A stretch of 57,504 nucleotides of DNA, filler included, from Sphacelaria rigidula (lineage: Eukaryota), in assembly GCA_964200075.2 (NCBI GenBank). It is 8 parts of 8 records of this genome, joined end to end, with 100 filler letters (N's around TTAATTAATTAA, not from the genome) between each part and the next. Parts side by side here need not be neighbours in the genome. Positions count along the whole stretch, not along the records: positions 1 to 7,101 come from CAXNAA020016479.1; positions 7,202 to 14,302 come from CAXNAA020016480.1; 6 more parts are not named here. One strand, written 5' to 3'. Both the position numbers and the translations under genes were made by a program. The notes under the pieces are model-generated. The model was not told where the DNA came from. It did no database searches and saw only the letters and a list, made by a program, of their open reading frames with translations. Positions within the stretch are counted from its first letter, which is position 1. Each line of letters opens with the position of its first letter. Positions 1 to 11,130 of the stretch are shown piece by piece.

Positions 1-78
1 GGTCTGCACCTTTCGGTATATGTGGGCGCACCAGCCGGGGTCACACGGGAGGAAGGTCAACACAGGAGCTTTTTCTTG
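1..78 (-). mobile_element. 3' part of a tRNA-derived SINE (family 1), truncated by the scaffold edge
   Basis: gtgggcgcaccagccggggtcacacgggaggaaggtcaacacaggagc matches 12668-12716 and the reverse complement of about 38240-38290. Confidence 0.8.
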
Positions 79-124
79 TACGACTTTTCAAAAATACCTG
101 ACCAGACCTGCCCTTGAAAAGCCT

Positions 125-400
125 CAAGGGTTGGACGGGTCATGATTCGTCTGAAAAATCAATTGATTTTTATGTAGTTGATTCGTACCGTACGAGTCAA
201 TCAATCCTCGGGCCTCGTTTTCAGCATTGAATCCCAGGTACAGGTACGCGCACCACAGGCACGTGGCATAGCACAAACAAAAATGCGTTGGGAACGTGTT
301 GTCCCGCGATCGAATTTATTCCGTCTTTGGATCGATCAGGCCTCGGAAATCGTACATTTGATGATTCGAACTATTGTAGCGATGATTTTTCCGATCCTTG
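125..400. mobile_element. hAT-like MITE (family H2)
   Basis: TIRs are caagggttgg...ccgatccttg. Flanks aaaagcct and aaaacctt form a degenerate 8-bp TSD. The body matches 11131-11388 and partly 15975-16070 and 31092-31173 (reverse complement). Confidence 0.65.
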
Positions 401-1234
401 AAAACCTTGACACGTCCAGTAACTTTATTACGCATGAATGGCACTCGAGTACGTTTCAATCTTGATCCCAAGTCAATAAACAGACCATCTGACGGTCGGA
501 GGACTAAGAATGACCGGGTGGCAACCAGAAAATGATATAAAAACTAACCAAGTACAGAACTGCATCGACAGTACGTAGTACACCTATTGCCACACAGCAC
601 CGTTAATATAAACGCATGCACTGAAAGTATAGGAACAAAACAAATTCAGCAATCGCAGTACATTCATACAAATATAAATCGCTACTGCAGGAACATATGC
701 GCTGCAATAAAGATTGGAAATTGGCGAGTTCAACGAAGAGAAGTATTCGCTCCGAATCGCCCACAAGTCTTTTGATGTCACAACTTCCGTCTTCACAACC
801 AGCGTGGCGAAAATCACTTGGTTCCAAACGTATGTACAAAATATATTCCGAGATTTGACTGATTAGACATGTTGGTTGATTGACTCATACAAAGAGATGC
901 GCTACGAACCTAGCTGTAGTCAAAAGAAAAGATATACTATATTATACCTAAGGTGGGAACCCTACTCTTGTGTGTGCGTTATCAGAGACTGACGTCACAA
1001 CAGCAGATACTCCAGTACCGTGTCCTTGAAAAAAGAGGGAGAAACAGCGAAGAGGAGGAAGGAGAGAGAGGAAGACAAACCATCACTCATTGCACCACAC
1101 AACGAATACGTCGAAAGAAAAACCTCATGTCCACCGACTATATATTATTTGCCAAGGGTATGGAACTGCCGTACAAACGTATAGTAGACCTGCAATCGCC
1201 TTCGCCCTTCCTCTTTTGTATTCGAAAAAATATA

Positions 1235-1911
1235 CTCCCTCTGTCCGGAAATATAAGATCGGTATGGATATGCGGAATATAAGATCGGTTTCTACTTCAT
1301 GCCCCAAAGTAGGTGATCTAGCCCTCGTAGCAGGTCTTACAGGTTGTATGTATGATCGGATATGAAACTGGATAAAAAAAATCAAATCCGCTCAAAAGGG
1401 GGGGGGGGGGGGGGGGGGGGCTTTATCCCACGNNNNNNNNNNCTTCTGACATTTTCCTATGACAAAGCAATATGACGTTACGATTCGTGAGGGGGGGGGG
1501 GGGGGGGGGGGGGTCATTATCCCCAGGTCCTCCACGGCTGCAATGTACGCACCCTTCTTCAGAACCGCGTTGTTGCTACCAACGAGGAGGTGCCGAATCA
1601 CCGCAGCTCTTTCCAAATTGTTGAGGTTCTTACGTTTTGACACATGGCAGGCACTCCCAGCGGAGGACATGCCTCACCAGAAGATGGTAAGAGGCTTTTG
1701 ACCGGGTCTTCAAAGTTGGGGTGTTGATTTCGAGCGACTTGTGCTGGGGTGGGCTACACTTTCTTGGTCTGTGCTGGAACAAAACCCGGTTCTACGGGCT
1801 CAGCGTGAGTGCGGCGAAACCGGGGAAAAACCGGTTCGGAAAAAAAGTACCGTGGTCCCCAGATATCCCACTTTCTGTCCATACCGATCTCATTTTTCCG
1901 GACAGAGGGAG
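1235..1911 (-). mobile_element. Stowaway-type Tc1/mariner internal-deletion derivative with a transposase remnant
   Basis: TIRs of about 34 bp: ctccctctgtccggaaatataagatcggtatgga and tccataccgatctcatttttccggacagagggag. The left flank is TA and the right is TG. The element contains a 10-N gap. Confidence 0.8.
1520..1670 (-). pseudogene. N-terminal fragment of a mariner-like transposase
   Basis: KRKNLNNLERAAVIRHLLVGSNNAVLKKGAY resembles the N-terminus of plant/stramenopile mariner-like transposases (recognised by eye). It lies inside the Stowaway-type TIRs. Confidence 0.55.
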
Positions 1912-2945
1912 TGTCGGAGCTTCCACTGTCTGTTCTGTTGTGGTGTGTTCACGCATTGCAAACACGGTTTGGGTTGCATGGGCTGCGATATTGCCCGTGT
2001 GTTCGTCTTTGCAGAAAACAACGTTACTCGGCACGCAGTGCTGGCTGCACACTGTTGAAAGCTTCATGGGCGTGTATACAGTTAGTTGCCCATGATTTGA
2101 TGGATTGCATTCTCCAACACTCTGCACACGAATGTTTCGTGATGAAGGTCGTCCGAATAGACTACAGGTACCACCGCTACAAAGTCAGCACAAATATATG
2201 CATTATTTATATTATGAATTAGATTCCTATTACTATTCATTTATTTGTTTATTCTATTCGTGCTTCGGTAGTTGTCACTTATTATAATGCACAATAATTG
2301 TTCTGAGAACGTCAATCAGCCACCATTCACTTTTTTCTCCCGTGCTTCTAACCCTGCGAGTGCCCGCAGAATAAGTACAGCACCAAAACAAGATAACTTC
2401 GGATTTAATACCACAGAGGTGGTCAGGTTAGGGTACACCCTCGGGTACCCTGGATTTTTGAATTTCTCAAAGTGCACGGTACCCCAAGGTACTCAGGATA
2501 ACATGGACAGCCGGAAATACGCAGCACCTATTGCAGGTTACGCAGGGATCGGTCGTCGCCCGGAAACCCTCAACCTTTATACAGACTTGACCGAAGGAAA
2601 CGATCAACAGAATGGTCAGAGTAGTACTGTACAATGTGCCCCATCCCAACCACCTTTTTGCAGCACTGCCAGTCCGCTCACGGTACTGCCCACAAGCTAC
2701 CGACACGGGAGGTACACAACGCTGTGTCTGTGTGTCTGCGTGCGTCCTTGTGTGTGCTCCCGCGCCCCCTTTGAGATGGATAACCATGTTCAGAAACGGG
2801 AGTCATGTTTCTCTAGTGAACATGGCGTCGAGGCATCGCTGGAGAGCATGGATTCTAGATGCCCCCCCGCTTGGTCGGCCATACTGTCCTGAATGATCCA
2901 ACGACGAAAAAACAAAGACTGCTTGGTCATATGTTGCTGTGGTAC

Positions 2946-3040
2946 CTGCGAATGCAATATCCTCCCGCTCCGGGTACAACGGCCCACGAAACCCTAGGTC
3001 CTTCGACAGGCACTTGCTGACTCGTTCGATCCCCTGGTGA
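2946..3040 (-). CDS. Putative exon of an unidentified gene: (S)HQGIERVSKCLSKDLGFRGPLYPEREDIAFA
   Basis: gatag| acceptor and |gtacc donor. The phase-2 start matches the phase-2 end of exon 4042-4220. Confidence 0.4.
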
Positions 3041-3854
3041 CTATCACGGGCGGGGTGCCACCCGTCGGCGGCCGCCAGGAGCAGCAGCAGCAGCGGCAGC
3101 GGCAGCGGTGGACGGGTGTGTGTGTGTTGGGGAAAATGATAAGAACATAAAAAATCAGAGGTAAAATCGCGTAGTACATGCGGGTACCGGGAGAGGAACA
3201 GGTGTGATCCGTTGAGACTATCAATTCGTCTTGAGGTGAAGGTGGCAGGGGGTTCGAGGTGGGAGATCGTGGGGAAGTTTTACGGGGATGAAGAAAGGAC
3301 GAGAATGAGGAGCTTGAGGGGGAAAAAAAGAAGGGGGGAAAGTGTTCGTGCGGCATTTCTCTTCGTTATACTTGAAAGCATGTATGTTACTGAGGGTGCG
3401 AATGCGATTTTTCTTTGTTAAAACATAGCACGAGAGATAGGAGAGACAAAGGGAGCGACAGAGAGATGATGCAGGCACAGGGAAACCACCGTCTACGTGG
3501 TCAAGGCAGATGATGATTCCCTCCCTATAGCGAACCCCTCCTCTTCTAATCTGGACACAAACAGCCCCCCCCGGCAGAGAGGGTTCCGCCGGAGGCGCCC
3601 CCGGAGGGCCCCGCTGGAGGCGCCGTGCCGGAAGCACGCTTTTACGCGATTTGGCTTCACGAGAGCTAAAAAATACGTAAATTTTGGGCAAATTTTCAAG
3701 GGCTGTATGTAGCATACGTAGCCGGTAACGGTGAATAATGGTCTGAAATCATTATCCGAAACCTTCGTATAATCATTACCATTATCACCATTATAATGAT
3801 AATGGCCAGTTATAACTGGTACCATTTCCGAGCTCTACTAATTATTTTCCCGGA

Positions 3855-3886
<32 letters not shown>

Positions 3887-4041
3887 ATCTCACCTTAGCT
3901 GATTGCAACAATCCAGCCCGTGGGCAGGAGCAGCAAAAGATTAATTCTTGGCTATTTGATCTCTGGCCGTACCGCAATCGCTGCTCCACTCTCCGCCCAC
4001 CCCTCACTCACTCCCTCCCCCTCCTTGCCGAATGGCCTCAC

Positions 4042-4220
4042 CTTAGAAGGTCTGGCACGAAACCCGCCCCGGATACGTAGCCCTCGAGACACCCCGCCAG
4101 CGCGACGAAGGCACGGGGCCACGCTGTGGTTAGCGGCACTCTCATCATAAGGCGAGGTTCCACGATTGCCATGAAGGGTGCAGGTAGGGCCGCTGCGGTG
4201 TGGCGGAACCCGACAGTTAC
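4042..4220 (-). CDS. Putative internal exon of an unidentified gene: VTVGFRHTAAALPAPFMAIVEPRLMMRVP...GFVPDLL
   Basis: gcag| acceptor and |gtgagg donor, open in phase 0, continuing exon 6585-6830. Confidence 0.55.
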
Positions 4221-4254
4221 CTGCGCCAGCCGGGGCCGTTATGCGTTGGTTGAT

Positions 4255-4506
4255 CAAGCTGATTGGTTTGTTAGTTGGTTAAATAGATGGTGTCTGGTTG
4301 ATTGGTTGGTTGATGGTTGATTCATTGATTCATTGGTTGATTGGACCGATTGGTTGATAGATTGCTCGATAGGGTGGCTGATTGATAGTTAATCTAGTGA
4401 TTGGTTGATTGGTTGATTGAGTTCGTTGATCGGCTGGTTGGTTGGGTTCGTTGATTGGCTGGTTGAGTGAGTTCGTTGATTGTTCGATTGGCTGCTTGCT
4501 TGCTTG
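4255..4506. repeat. Degenerate (TTGG/TTGA)n tetranucleotide microsatellite. A (GATT)n run also occurs at about 3855-3886.
   Basis: Direct inspection of the sequence. Confidence 0.85.
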
Positions 4507-6584
4507 ATGAACTGTTCAAGACGATGAAGCACCGATGCTCAGCGAGTTCAGCCGTGGTGAAAACGGTAGACGTACCTCTGAGGACAAGGAAACAGAAAAA
4601 AAAAAAAGAGGAGCACTTTCAATGAAGAGAACTTGAGTGCAAGTGGAGCAAAAGACACAAGAGAAGGCGGACAGTGAAAGAATTGAACAAAACGTAAAAG
4701 AAAGGAGGAACAATACGACAACAACGAACGAAGAACAAAACGGAATACGAAAAAACACACACCCAGGAATAGAATGAATGGCCTGACGAAAGACGCCACA
4801 CTTAGGGTATGCAACGTTGTCGAGTCGGCGTGAGAGTTTTCACCGTACTTTCCATACCTGTGCCAACCACAACAATATTGAACAAATGCATATTAGGGGT
4901 TCATATTTTGTTTCTCCTCGACCGTCACGAACCAGACGGCCTCTTCGGTGCTGTTTACCTTCTGCTAAAAAGGGCGTTGGAAGCGATACATCGGTTGTAA
5001 AAACTACGAACAAGTTGAATATTTGTAAAACTGCGAGTTGGTGCAATTCGGGAACAGTATTGGAACACGCACACAGTTGTAGCCTACAAATCGCCAGAAA
5101 ATGCCACACACATGAGAAAAGAAGCACACACAAAACATCATACATACAAGAGATGGTTGGTTCTCCCGTGCCTGTCAGACATCAACGACAAGGTGAAAAA
5201 TGCAGCAGAGTACGCACCAGGTACCTACCCAACGTATCACGAAAACATGTACTTTGAAGTGCGACTTCAACAAACAGCCCACCAACAAAAATATGAGTGA
5301 TCTTCCTGCAGTCCCCCATGCGGATCTTCCAAAATTGCGAGCGTCTTCAAGAAGGAGATATCATGTTCCCAAAACCCGAATCCCTGAAAAAAACATCCAT
5401 GAAACGAAACCGACGAAACACGCAAGATATGGCACCTTCATTCTTCACGAGGCCGATCTCCCGGAAAACGTTTTGCTGGAGAGATTCCTCATTTTGCTTC
5501 GGGGAAAAAAAAAAAACACAGTAATAATTTGACGTTTAACCTCAGTGGCCGGCAACCCTGAGACAGCCTCATTTTTTTTCGTCACATTTCTGTTCAACCC
5601 CTCCCCTTCCTCGGGACAAGTCCGTGGTCCCGCGGTCCAAAGGAATCAACCCATTCCTTTTTCGGTATATGCCTTACATTTTGGTCTCGCGTATTTTATC
5701 ATATGACCATCAGCACTCCCTCGCCGCGTCGACTCTCCTGAAAAAACATATTTCAGCTCCTCACCTCCTCACGCTTTTGACGGAGAAAATCAGATACTTT
5801 GAAGAGAAAAATCAAAACATCAGGTGGGAATCGAACCCGCGTTCTGTATACATGAATATATGAAGACAGATAAAGAGAAGGAGAGGACTACTCGTAGGGA
5901 AAAGACTTGAATATAAGGGGAAAACACGTTCTTGCCCCGAAAAAAATAAAAGAAATAAAAAATATCACATCAAGGTGGCCAAACACGTTCACAATGCGAG
6001 AAGGTCTCGAGCCTAACCCTAACTTCAACCTCAGCCCCGAACACAGCGCAACGTCGTTCAGAGAAAAATGAAATCGAATTAATGTTGTTTTTTCTCTCCA
6101 CACAGGGTTGCAGCAGCAGTAGCAGTAGCAGTAGCAGCAGAAGCTAGAAATCAATAGTAAAACAAACACACATTATACATCATGACATAGCGATACAGAT
6201 GTATAAAAGTCACAAGAGCAACAAAGAGACATAGTGTAGCAGAGCATGCAGGCAACTCCCCCTTGCGGTACAGAATAAGGGTAAAGTACTAGAGCGGTAA
6301 AACGAACCAGGGTCATGACCCAATCAGTTTCCCTCGTGAGTGAGGAGCTGGTGAAGTCACAGCAGTGTATGCGGGAGAACAGCGTCTGTCTGTGTGTGTG
6401 TGTATGTGTATGTGTGTGTGTACAAAGGTTAATGCGTTGTGTACTGAACTATCAAACCATCTTATGTTTTCTTGTAATATGAGACAACCCCTCTTCCCCT
6501 ACGTCCCATCACGCCCCAAACCACTCTACCACAGCGTAGTGCCCCTCTCGGAGTACTTGACAAACAACACCAACCACAAATTAC

Positions 6585-6830
6585 CTTCTCAGGCTCCAGT
6601 GGATCATCATCTTTGAGAATTGTCGCCATGGGGGTGACCTCAGATCCAACCCCGGCAACTACAGGGATGGCGACGAACGGTACAGGTCCCAACAGCGGCG
6701 CAGCATCCTCGCCATCGTTTTCCGCTGATGGGGGTTTCCTGGCCCATGTTGAAAACAAATCGAGGGAAACACGGTTAAGGATATTCTCAGTGAAGGTACG
6801 TGCTACACCTGGCATGACGCGGCATGGCAC
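6585..6830 (-). CDS. Putative internal exon of an unidentified gene: VPCRVMPGVARTFTENILNRVSLDLFSTWARK...DDDPLEPEK
   Basis: ttgctcag| acceptor and |gtaatt donor, 246 nt open frame, phase 0-0. Confidence 0.6.
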
Positions 6831-7101
6831 CTGAGCAACAAAGCTATCGAGGAAATAAGGGAAAAGTATGATGACTTTGTTGCTTTGATATTGATTTTAT
6901 TGATTCGATCGATTAAGTGTCGCCCGTTGCTGTTCACTCATTCGCGACGGGTCTATTAGTGGTCACAACGAGAGACGTATATGCCCAAGGGAAACAGAGG
7001 GGGGGAAACTCTCGCGAAGGAAAACTCCAGGAGAAAAGGATCGGGGGGGGGGGGGGGGGGGGGGGGCAGTTGGTGTGCGTCGGGATGGAGGAGGACAGAG
7101 A

Positions 7102-7201
7102 NNNNNNNNNNNNNNNNNNNNNNNNNNNNNNNNNNNNNNNNNNNNTTAATTAATTAANNNNNNNNNNNNNNNNNNNNNNNNNNNNNNNNNNNNNNNNNNN
7201 N
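7102..7201. other. Artificial scaffold linker N44-TTAATTAATTAA-N44. Others are at 14303-14402, 21504-21603, 28705-28804, 35905-36004, 43105-43204 and 50305-50404.
   Basis: Seven identical 100-nt spacers carry a six-frame stop cassette. They separate segments of 7101 or 7100 nt, consistent with size-sorted scaffolds. Confidence 0.98.
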
Positions 7202-7513
7202 CTCAGGCCTTCGACCGTTGACCACGCAGCCCTGTCGCGACGGACCACCGTTCCTACCCAATACACTCCAGGGGGGGGTACTTGCTGCTATTGAGATCCT
7301 TTGATCAGTACACGATATACGTGTTCATGCACAATCATTTGTCGAGTGTTGAAAACCCTCGAAAAATAAATAAAAAATCAGCTCTTTGACCGCCAGGGCG
7401 GGTCATCTATTAAATCAGCATCATTTTCCATTCGAGGAAATGACCGTGTGTCACACACCCAGACAACGAGGGGGAAGGGGGGGTGAGGGAAAAAAATCCG
7501 GACATGCACATAC

Positions 7514-7667
7514 CGCGACTGCAACTCAGGTTCGCGGCCTTTCCGCTCCTCTTCTCCGAACAACATGGCCGCAGAATATGGCTCTACGGGCAGAATGAAC
7601 AGTCCGTCGTCTCCAAAGCCCTTCTCGCAGACCGGGCAAGTTGTGATCGGCATGGAGTAGACACACC
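7514..7667 (-). CDS. RING-H2-like zinc-finger protein, exon 2: (R)CVYSMPITTCPVCEKGFGDDGLFILPVEP...ELQSR
   Basis: tgtgcag| acceptor and |gtatgt donor. The phase-1 join to exon 8984-9374 restores HARC...CPVC and completes a C3H2C3 ligand set. Confidence 0.8.
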
Positions 7668-7731
7668 CTGCACAAACCACGATCGGAGAACAAAAAAGCA
7701 TCACGCAATTCACGACGGCAACGACGACGAC

Positions 7732-7802
7732 GGGGGGGAGGGCATACTTGTTTGTTGCTTGCCTTAGTCGTTTGACCATTGACCACGCATCCCTTTCGAG
7801 AC
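7732..7802. repeat. Poly-G-associated repeat of 70-85 nt. Other copies: 7202-7258, 9490-9556, 14817-14935, 26326-26405 (reverse), 42965-43043, 46533-46632, 46634-46732, 49722-49801, 49843-49914, 57464-57504.
   Basis: Shared core tgcttgccttagtcgtttgaccattgaccacgcatccctttcgagacggagca, preceded by a G-run and a gtactcat-like motif. Confidence 0.9.
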
Positions 7803-7868
7803 NNNNNNNNNNGGTGGTGTGTGTTGGGGTTGGGTGCGGTTGGGTTTGGGGGCGGTGCGGGGGGGGGT

Positions 7869-7912
<44 letters not shown>

Positions 7913-8419
7913 GTGCCATTCGAGAAGCATCTGGGGGCGACCGTGATGTGATTTAAACCCTCACGGAACACTGTCAATGAAACACGCAGACGGGGCGTAT
8001 TCGTGAGTAGAAGGGCCAGACCCCCTGGTGGGTGAACATGATGCATAACGGGTTTTGATTGAGCAGCAGGGACACCTGTCTCTTGGCTTCAGGTAGAGAG
8101 ACGCATTACCGCTCATGGCGTGTGGACACATCACCAATTGGAAACAGGACTTCACTACTCCTTGCAAGAGACCATAAATACACCCCGTCCGGCTTGGCGC
8201 GACGACTTGACCCTTTCGGAACCCATGGACGATTTTTGTTTCTGTGAATTGGCATCGTTTTCAGTTATTTGCAAGTCAAAATAATGCCGATTCACGAAAA
8301 AAAAAAGTCGTCAATGGGTTCGAAAAGGGGTTGAGCGCAGAGGAGGAAAGGCCATGCAAAGGTGCACGGATTGAGGAGGACGCCATCGTCGTCGTCCGAA
8401 GCTCAACAATAAAAACAGA

Positions 8420-8540
8420 GGCTGCTGGAACATTGTGGCGGGGAAATTAGACGACTATATCCTACCGCCGACTCTCTCGCGAACATTTCCTCTCCCAAGA
8501 CAAATTTTGAGTCAATTACGAGACACTTGGGGCTTGTGAA
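8420..8540 (+). pseudogene. Possible piggyBac-type transposase relic
   Basis: Frameshifted peptides DDYILPP and LSQDKF-ESITRHL resemble the MSRxRFExIxRxL motif. The match is short and degenerate. Confidence 0.25.
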
Positions 8541-8983
8541 GGAGAAACGGAGCACTCTCCCAAGACCCTCCAATCAAACTATCAAAACAGCCTACTGTTC
8601 AAGGGTTTCGTACCTCATAACTCATGGGCGTCGCGCCTAAGCACGATTTCTTTCCTTGCACGATCGCGCATCGTATATGTCATGGATGTATCGCGCCGGG
8701 AGGGTTATAGGTTGGGAGTGTGTGCCCTGTCGACAATACCTGAACAACATTCCACCACTGCGGGCACACAAATAAAAAACACGCCTGCTTCATCCCACCC
8801 CCCTGCCTCCCCCTCCTCGAAGTAAATAGTCTTACCTTTGATCATCCAGGGGTCGGATCTCCAGCCTCTGGACATACCGCATGCTTCACTCTAAAAAGTA
8901 GCTCGAAATACCACGCTTCTCTCCCTTCCCCTATCCCCCCCCACCCCCACCCCATTACTCTCCACAGCAAATAAGAAACTCAC

Positions 8984-9210
8984 GTGCGTGGTACTTGTGA
9001 CCGCAAGGACCCCGCAAATCCGCTCTTCGCACGTTGCACAAATCGCAAACCGCGCGCTGATCCTCGGCATTCCTTTGTTGCTCCTCCGCTGCTGCCTTGG
9101 CCGCCGCCACCACCCTTTCCAGAGCCGCGGCGCCAAGGGCAGGGTCCGACATCACCCCTCCCCCCGCAGCCGCGCCGCCTCCGGCCGAGCCAGCCGCAGC
9201 AGCGGCAGCA

Positions 9211-9262
<52 letters not shown>

Positions 9263-9374
9263 GCTGCTGTTGCTGTTGCTGTTGCTGCTGTGGGTTCCCC
9301 AGGGTTGCGTGCGCGCCTTGTTGGCCGCCGCTGTTTCCTCCCGGGATGTGCCCACCCCCGCCTGATGGATTCAT
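8984..9374 (-). CDS. RING-H2-like zinc-finger protein, first coding exon (Gly-rich, Q26, poly-Ala, CDLC...CGHKYHA)
   Basis: ATG at 9374 directly follows aacag, so a 5' intron is possible. The exon is 391 nt with a |gtgagt donor in phase 1. Confidence 0.8.
9213..9290 (-). repeat. Coding (CAA/CAG)26 polyglutamine tract
   Basis: 78 nt of ttg/ctg repeats, in frame within the RING exon. Confidence 0.95.
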
Positions 9375-10387
9375 CTGTTATAGCTCTTCATCGGAGAAAA
9401 TGGCGGGCGGGTACGTGTTTCGAGCGGAGGGCGGCGCGGGGCGGGGCGGGGGGGGGGGGGGGGGAGTCCTTTTTTGTGTGTCCCCGGCCTTGTGTTTGTG
9501 AGCGCTTGCCTCAGTCATTTGATCGTTGACCACGCATCCCTTTCGAGACGGAGCAGGGGCGGGGGGTGGGTGTCTTGCAACCAAAAACAAATGTGTCCAC
9601 GTACGAGCTGGGTCAGCCGTGAGAGGTACATACCTTGGGTACCACGCAATTGCATTAGTTTCCTGAAGCAGCCTTATGTGGACGCATCAGCTGGGGTCAC
9701 ACAGGAAAAAGAACAACACACGACCTTGATACCTTCCCTGTCCCAGAATGATAGTCCGTTATGATCACGCGCATCCTTAACCGTGTTCAATCTCATAGGC
9801 GATATGTTTTCTATAAGCTTTGGGTTTTTTTTAGTTCAATCACATCTTTTTTCTTCTTCTGTTTGCGCAGCAGCCAGCATGAGCGAACGGCCGATAAACG
9901 AGGGGTCGGCTCGAAAATGGCCATATTCTGCCCCTCTTCCAGGTCACGAAGAATTCCGGAAACCCGAAAACCGGTAAAAATCGTCAAAGAAAGCAGAATT
10001 GGCTCTTCTTTTCCGGTTCATCGCTATCATACGGTAGCTACGCCCGGTCCGATCCCACTCGTCTTCATTGCAACCTCTAACCACCTTTAGAACAAGCCAA
10101 ATCCGTCGAAATTTGGCCGAAAATGTACAGATCGTCAAAATTCGGTCGAAATTTGGCCATGTTTGACCCAACGATTCTACGGTTATAGGTCGTTTATTTA
10201 TTATTTATTTTTTTCAAGTGACCCTGTCCACAACTATATATTTTCAACGAACCTTAACCATAACATCGTGAGCACCTTCGTTGGCGAGGTACGGCCTATC
10301 CCCCATAACGGACTTTACTTATAGACAGAGGAAGTATTTTTTTTTTCGTTTCTAGTACTTCACCTCCCCTCCGCGACCCTCGCCTTA

Positions 10388-10576
10388 GGGTCTCTCTTGG
10401 CACATGAGTTTTCGATAAAAAAATTGCGGTGGAAAACAAAAATCCTGATCGGGTAGGTCATGATTTCGACCATCTCCAAAATTAACGACGATGGTTGAAA
10501 TTACGACCCATCAGATCGGGATTTTTTATTTCCACCGCACAATTTCCATCGGAAACTCATGTGCCAAGACAGGGCC
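10388..10576. mobile_element. Tourist/PIF-Harbinger-like MITE, family A
   Basis: Near-palindromic, with TIRs gggtctctcttggcacatgag and ctcatgtgccaagacagggcc and a perfect TTA TSD (10385-87, 10577-79). Confidence 0.8.
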
Positions 10577-10692
10577 TTACTCTTTTATCGCGACAAGGGT
10601 TCAGCGGCCTCTTTCCCTCGTCCACCGTTAAGTCGAATTTTGAGTACCCACGACATGGTAGCCCTCAACTGTTGGGCATTGTGTGGGAATAA

Positions 10693-11064
10693 GGCCCCGT
10701 CGTAGGCCAACTCCAACGGGAGCGTTTAGAATTTTATTTTGCAATAATTTGAAACGAATTTTTATTTCTTTCATTGCTGTAGTTGTGTATTTTGTGCCCG
10801 TTCACCATGATGACAAAAGAAAAAACAAAAAAAAAATCTCTGAAATTGTTGCAAAATAAAATTCCAAACGCTCCCATAAGAGTTGCCCTTAGCACATCAG
10901 TTTTCGATCGAATTTGTGCGGTGGAAAACAATTATCCCGATCTGAAAGGCCGTAATTTCGACCATCGTCGAAAAGTTCGAAGATGGTTGAAAATCACAGC
11001 TCATCAGATCGAGATTTGTGTTTTCCACCGGACAATTTCGATGGAAAACTCACGTGCTAAGCCC
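10693..11064. mobile_element. Tourist-like MITE family A carrying nested MITE B (10705-10888)
   Basis: B has TIRs ggccaactcc and gagttgccc with gta/tta flanks, and splits the A TIR as ggccccgtc|tta|gcac. Confidence 0.75.
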
Positions 11065-11130
11065 TACATCCCAGATTGCGTTACTTCATCGAGATTCGAA
11101 CTCACGGCCCACAACCGTCAGAAGGTTTCT

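Noticed and set aside
7146..7157. TTAATTAATTAA recurring about every 7.2 kb as a periodic biological motif
   Set aside because: It is always embedded in N44 runs and is an artificial six-frame stop linker.
7813..7912. Proline-rich ORFs and G-quadruplex-like tracts next to N gaps (also about 1398-1513 and 14470-14840)
   Set aside because: They are homopolymer runs with noisy flanks typical of low-quality reads, so their lengths and translations are unreliable.
8836..8890. Exon-like segment MRYVQRLEIRPLDDQ|gtaag inside the RING gene intron
   Set aside because: No acceptor gives an open frame from the phase-1 donor, and skipping it restores the RING motif.
9097..9501. Poly-Cys, poly-Val, poly-Leu and poly-Asn ORFs
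   Set aside because: They are alternative frames of the polyQ microsatellite.
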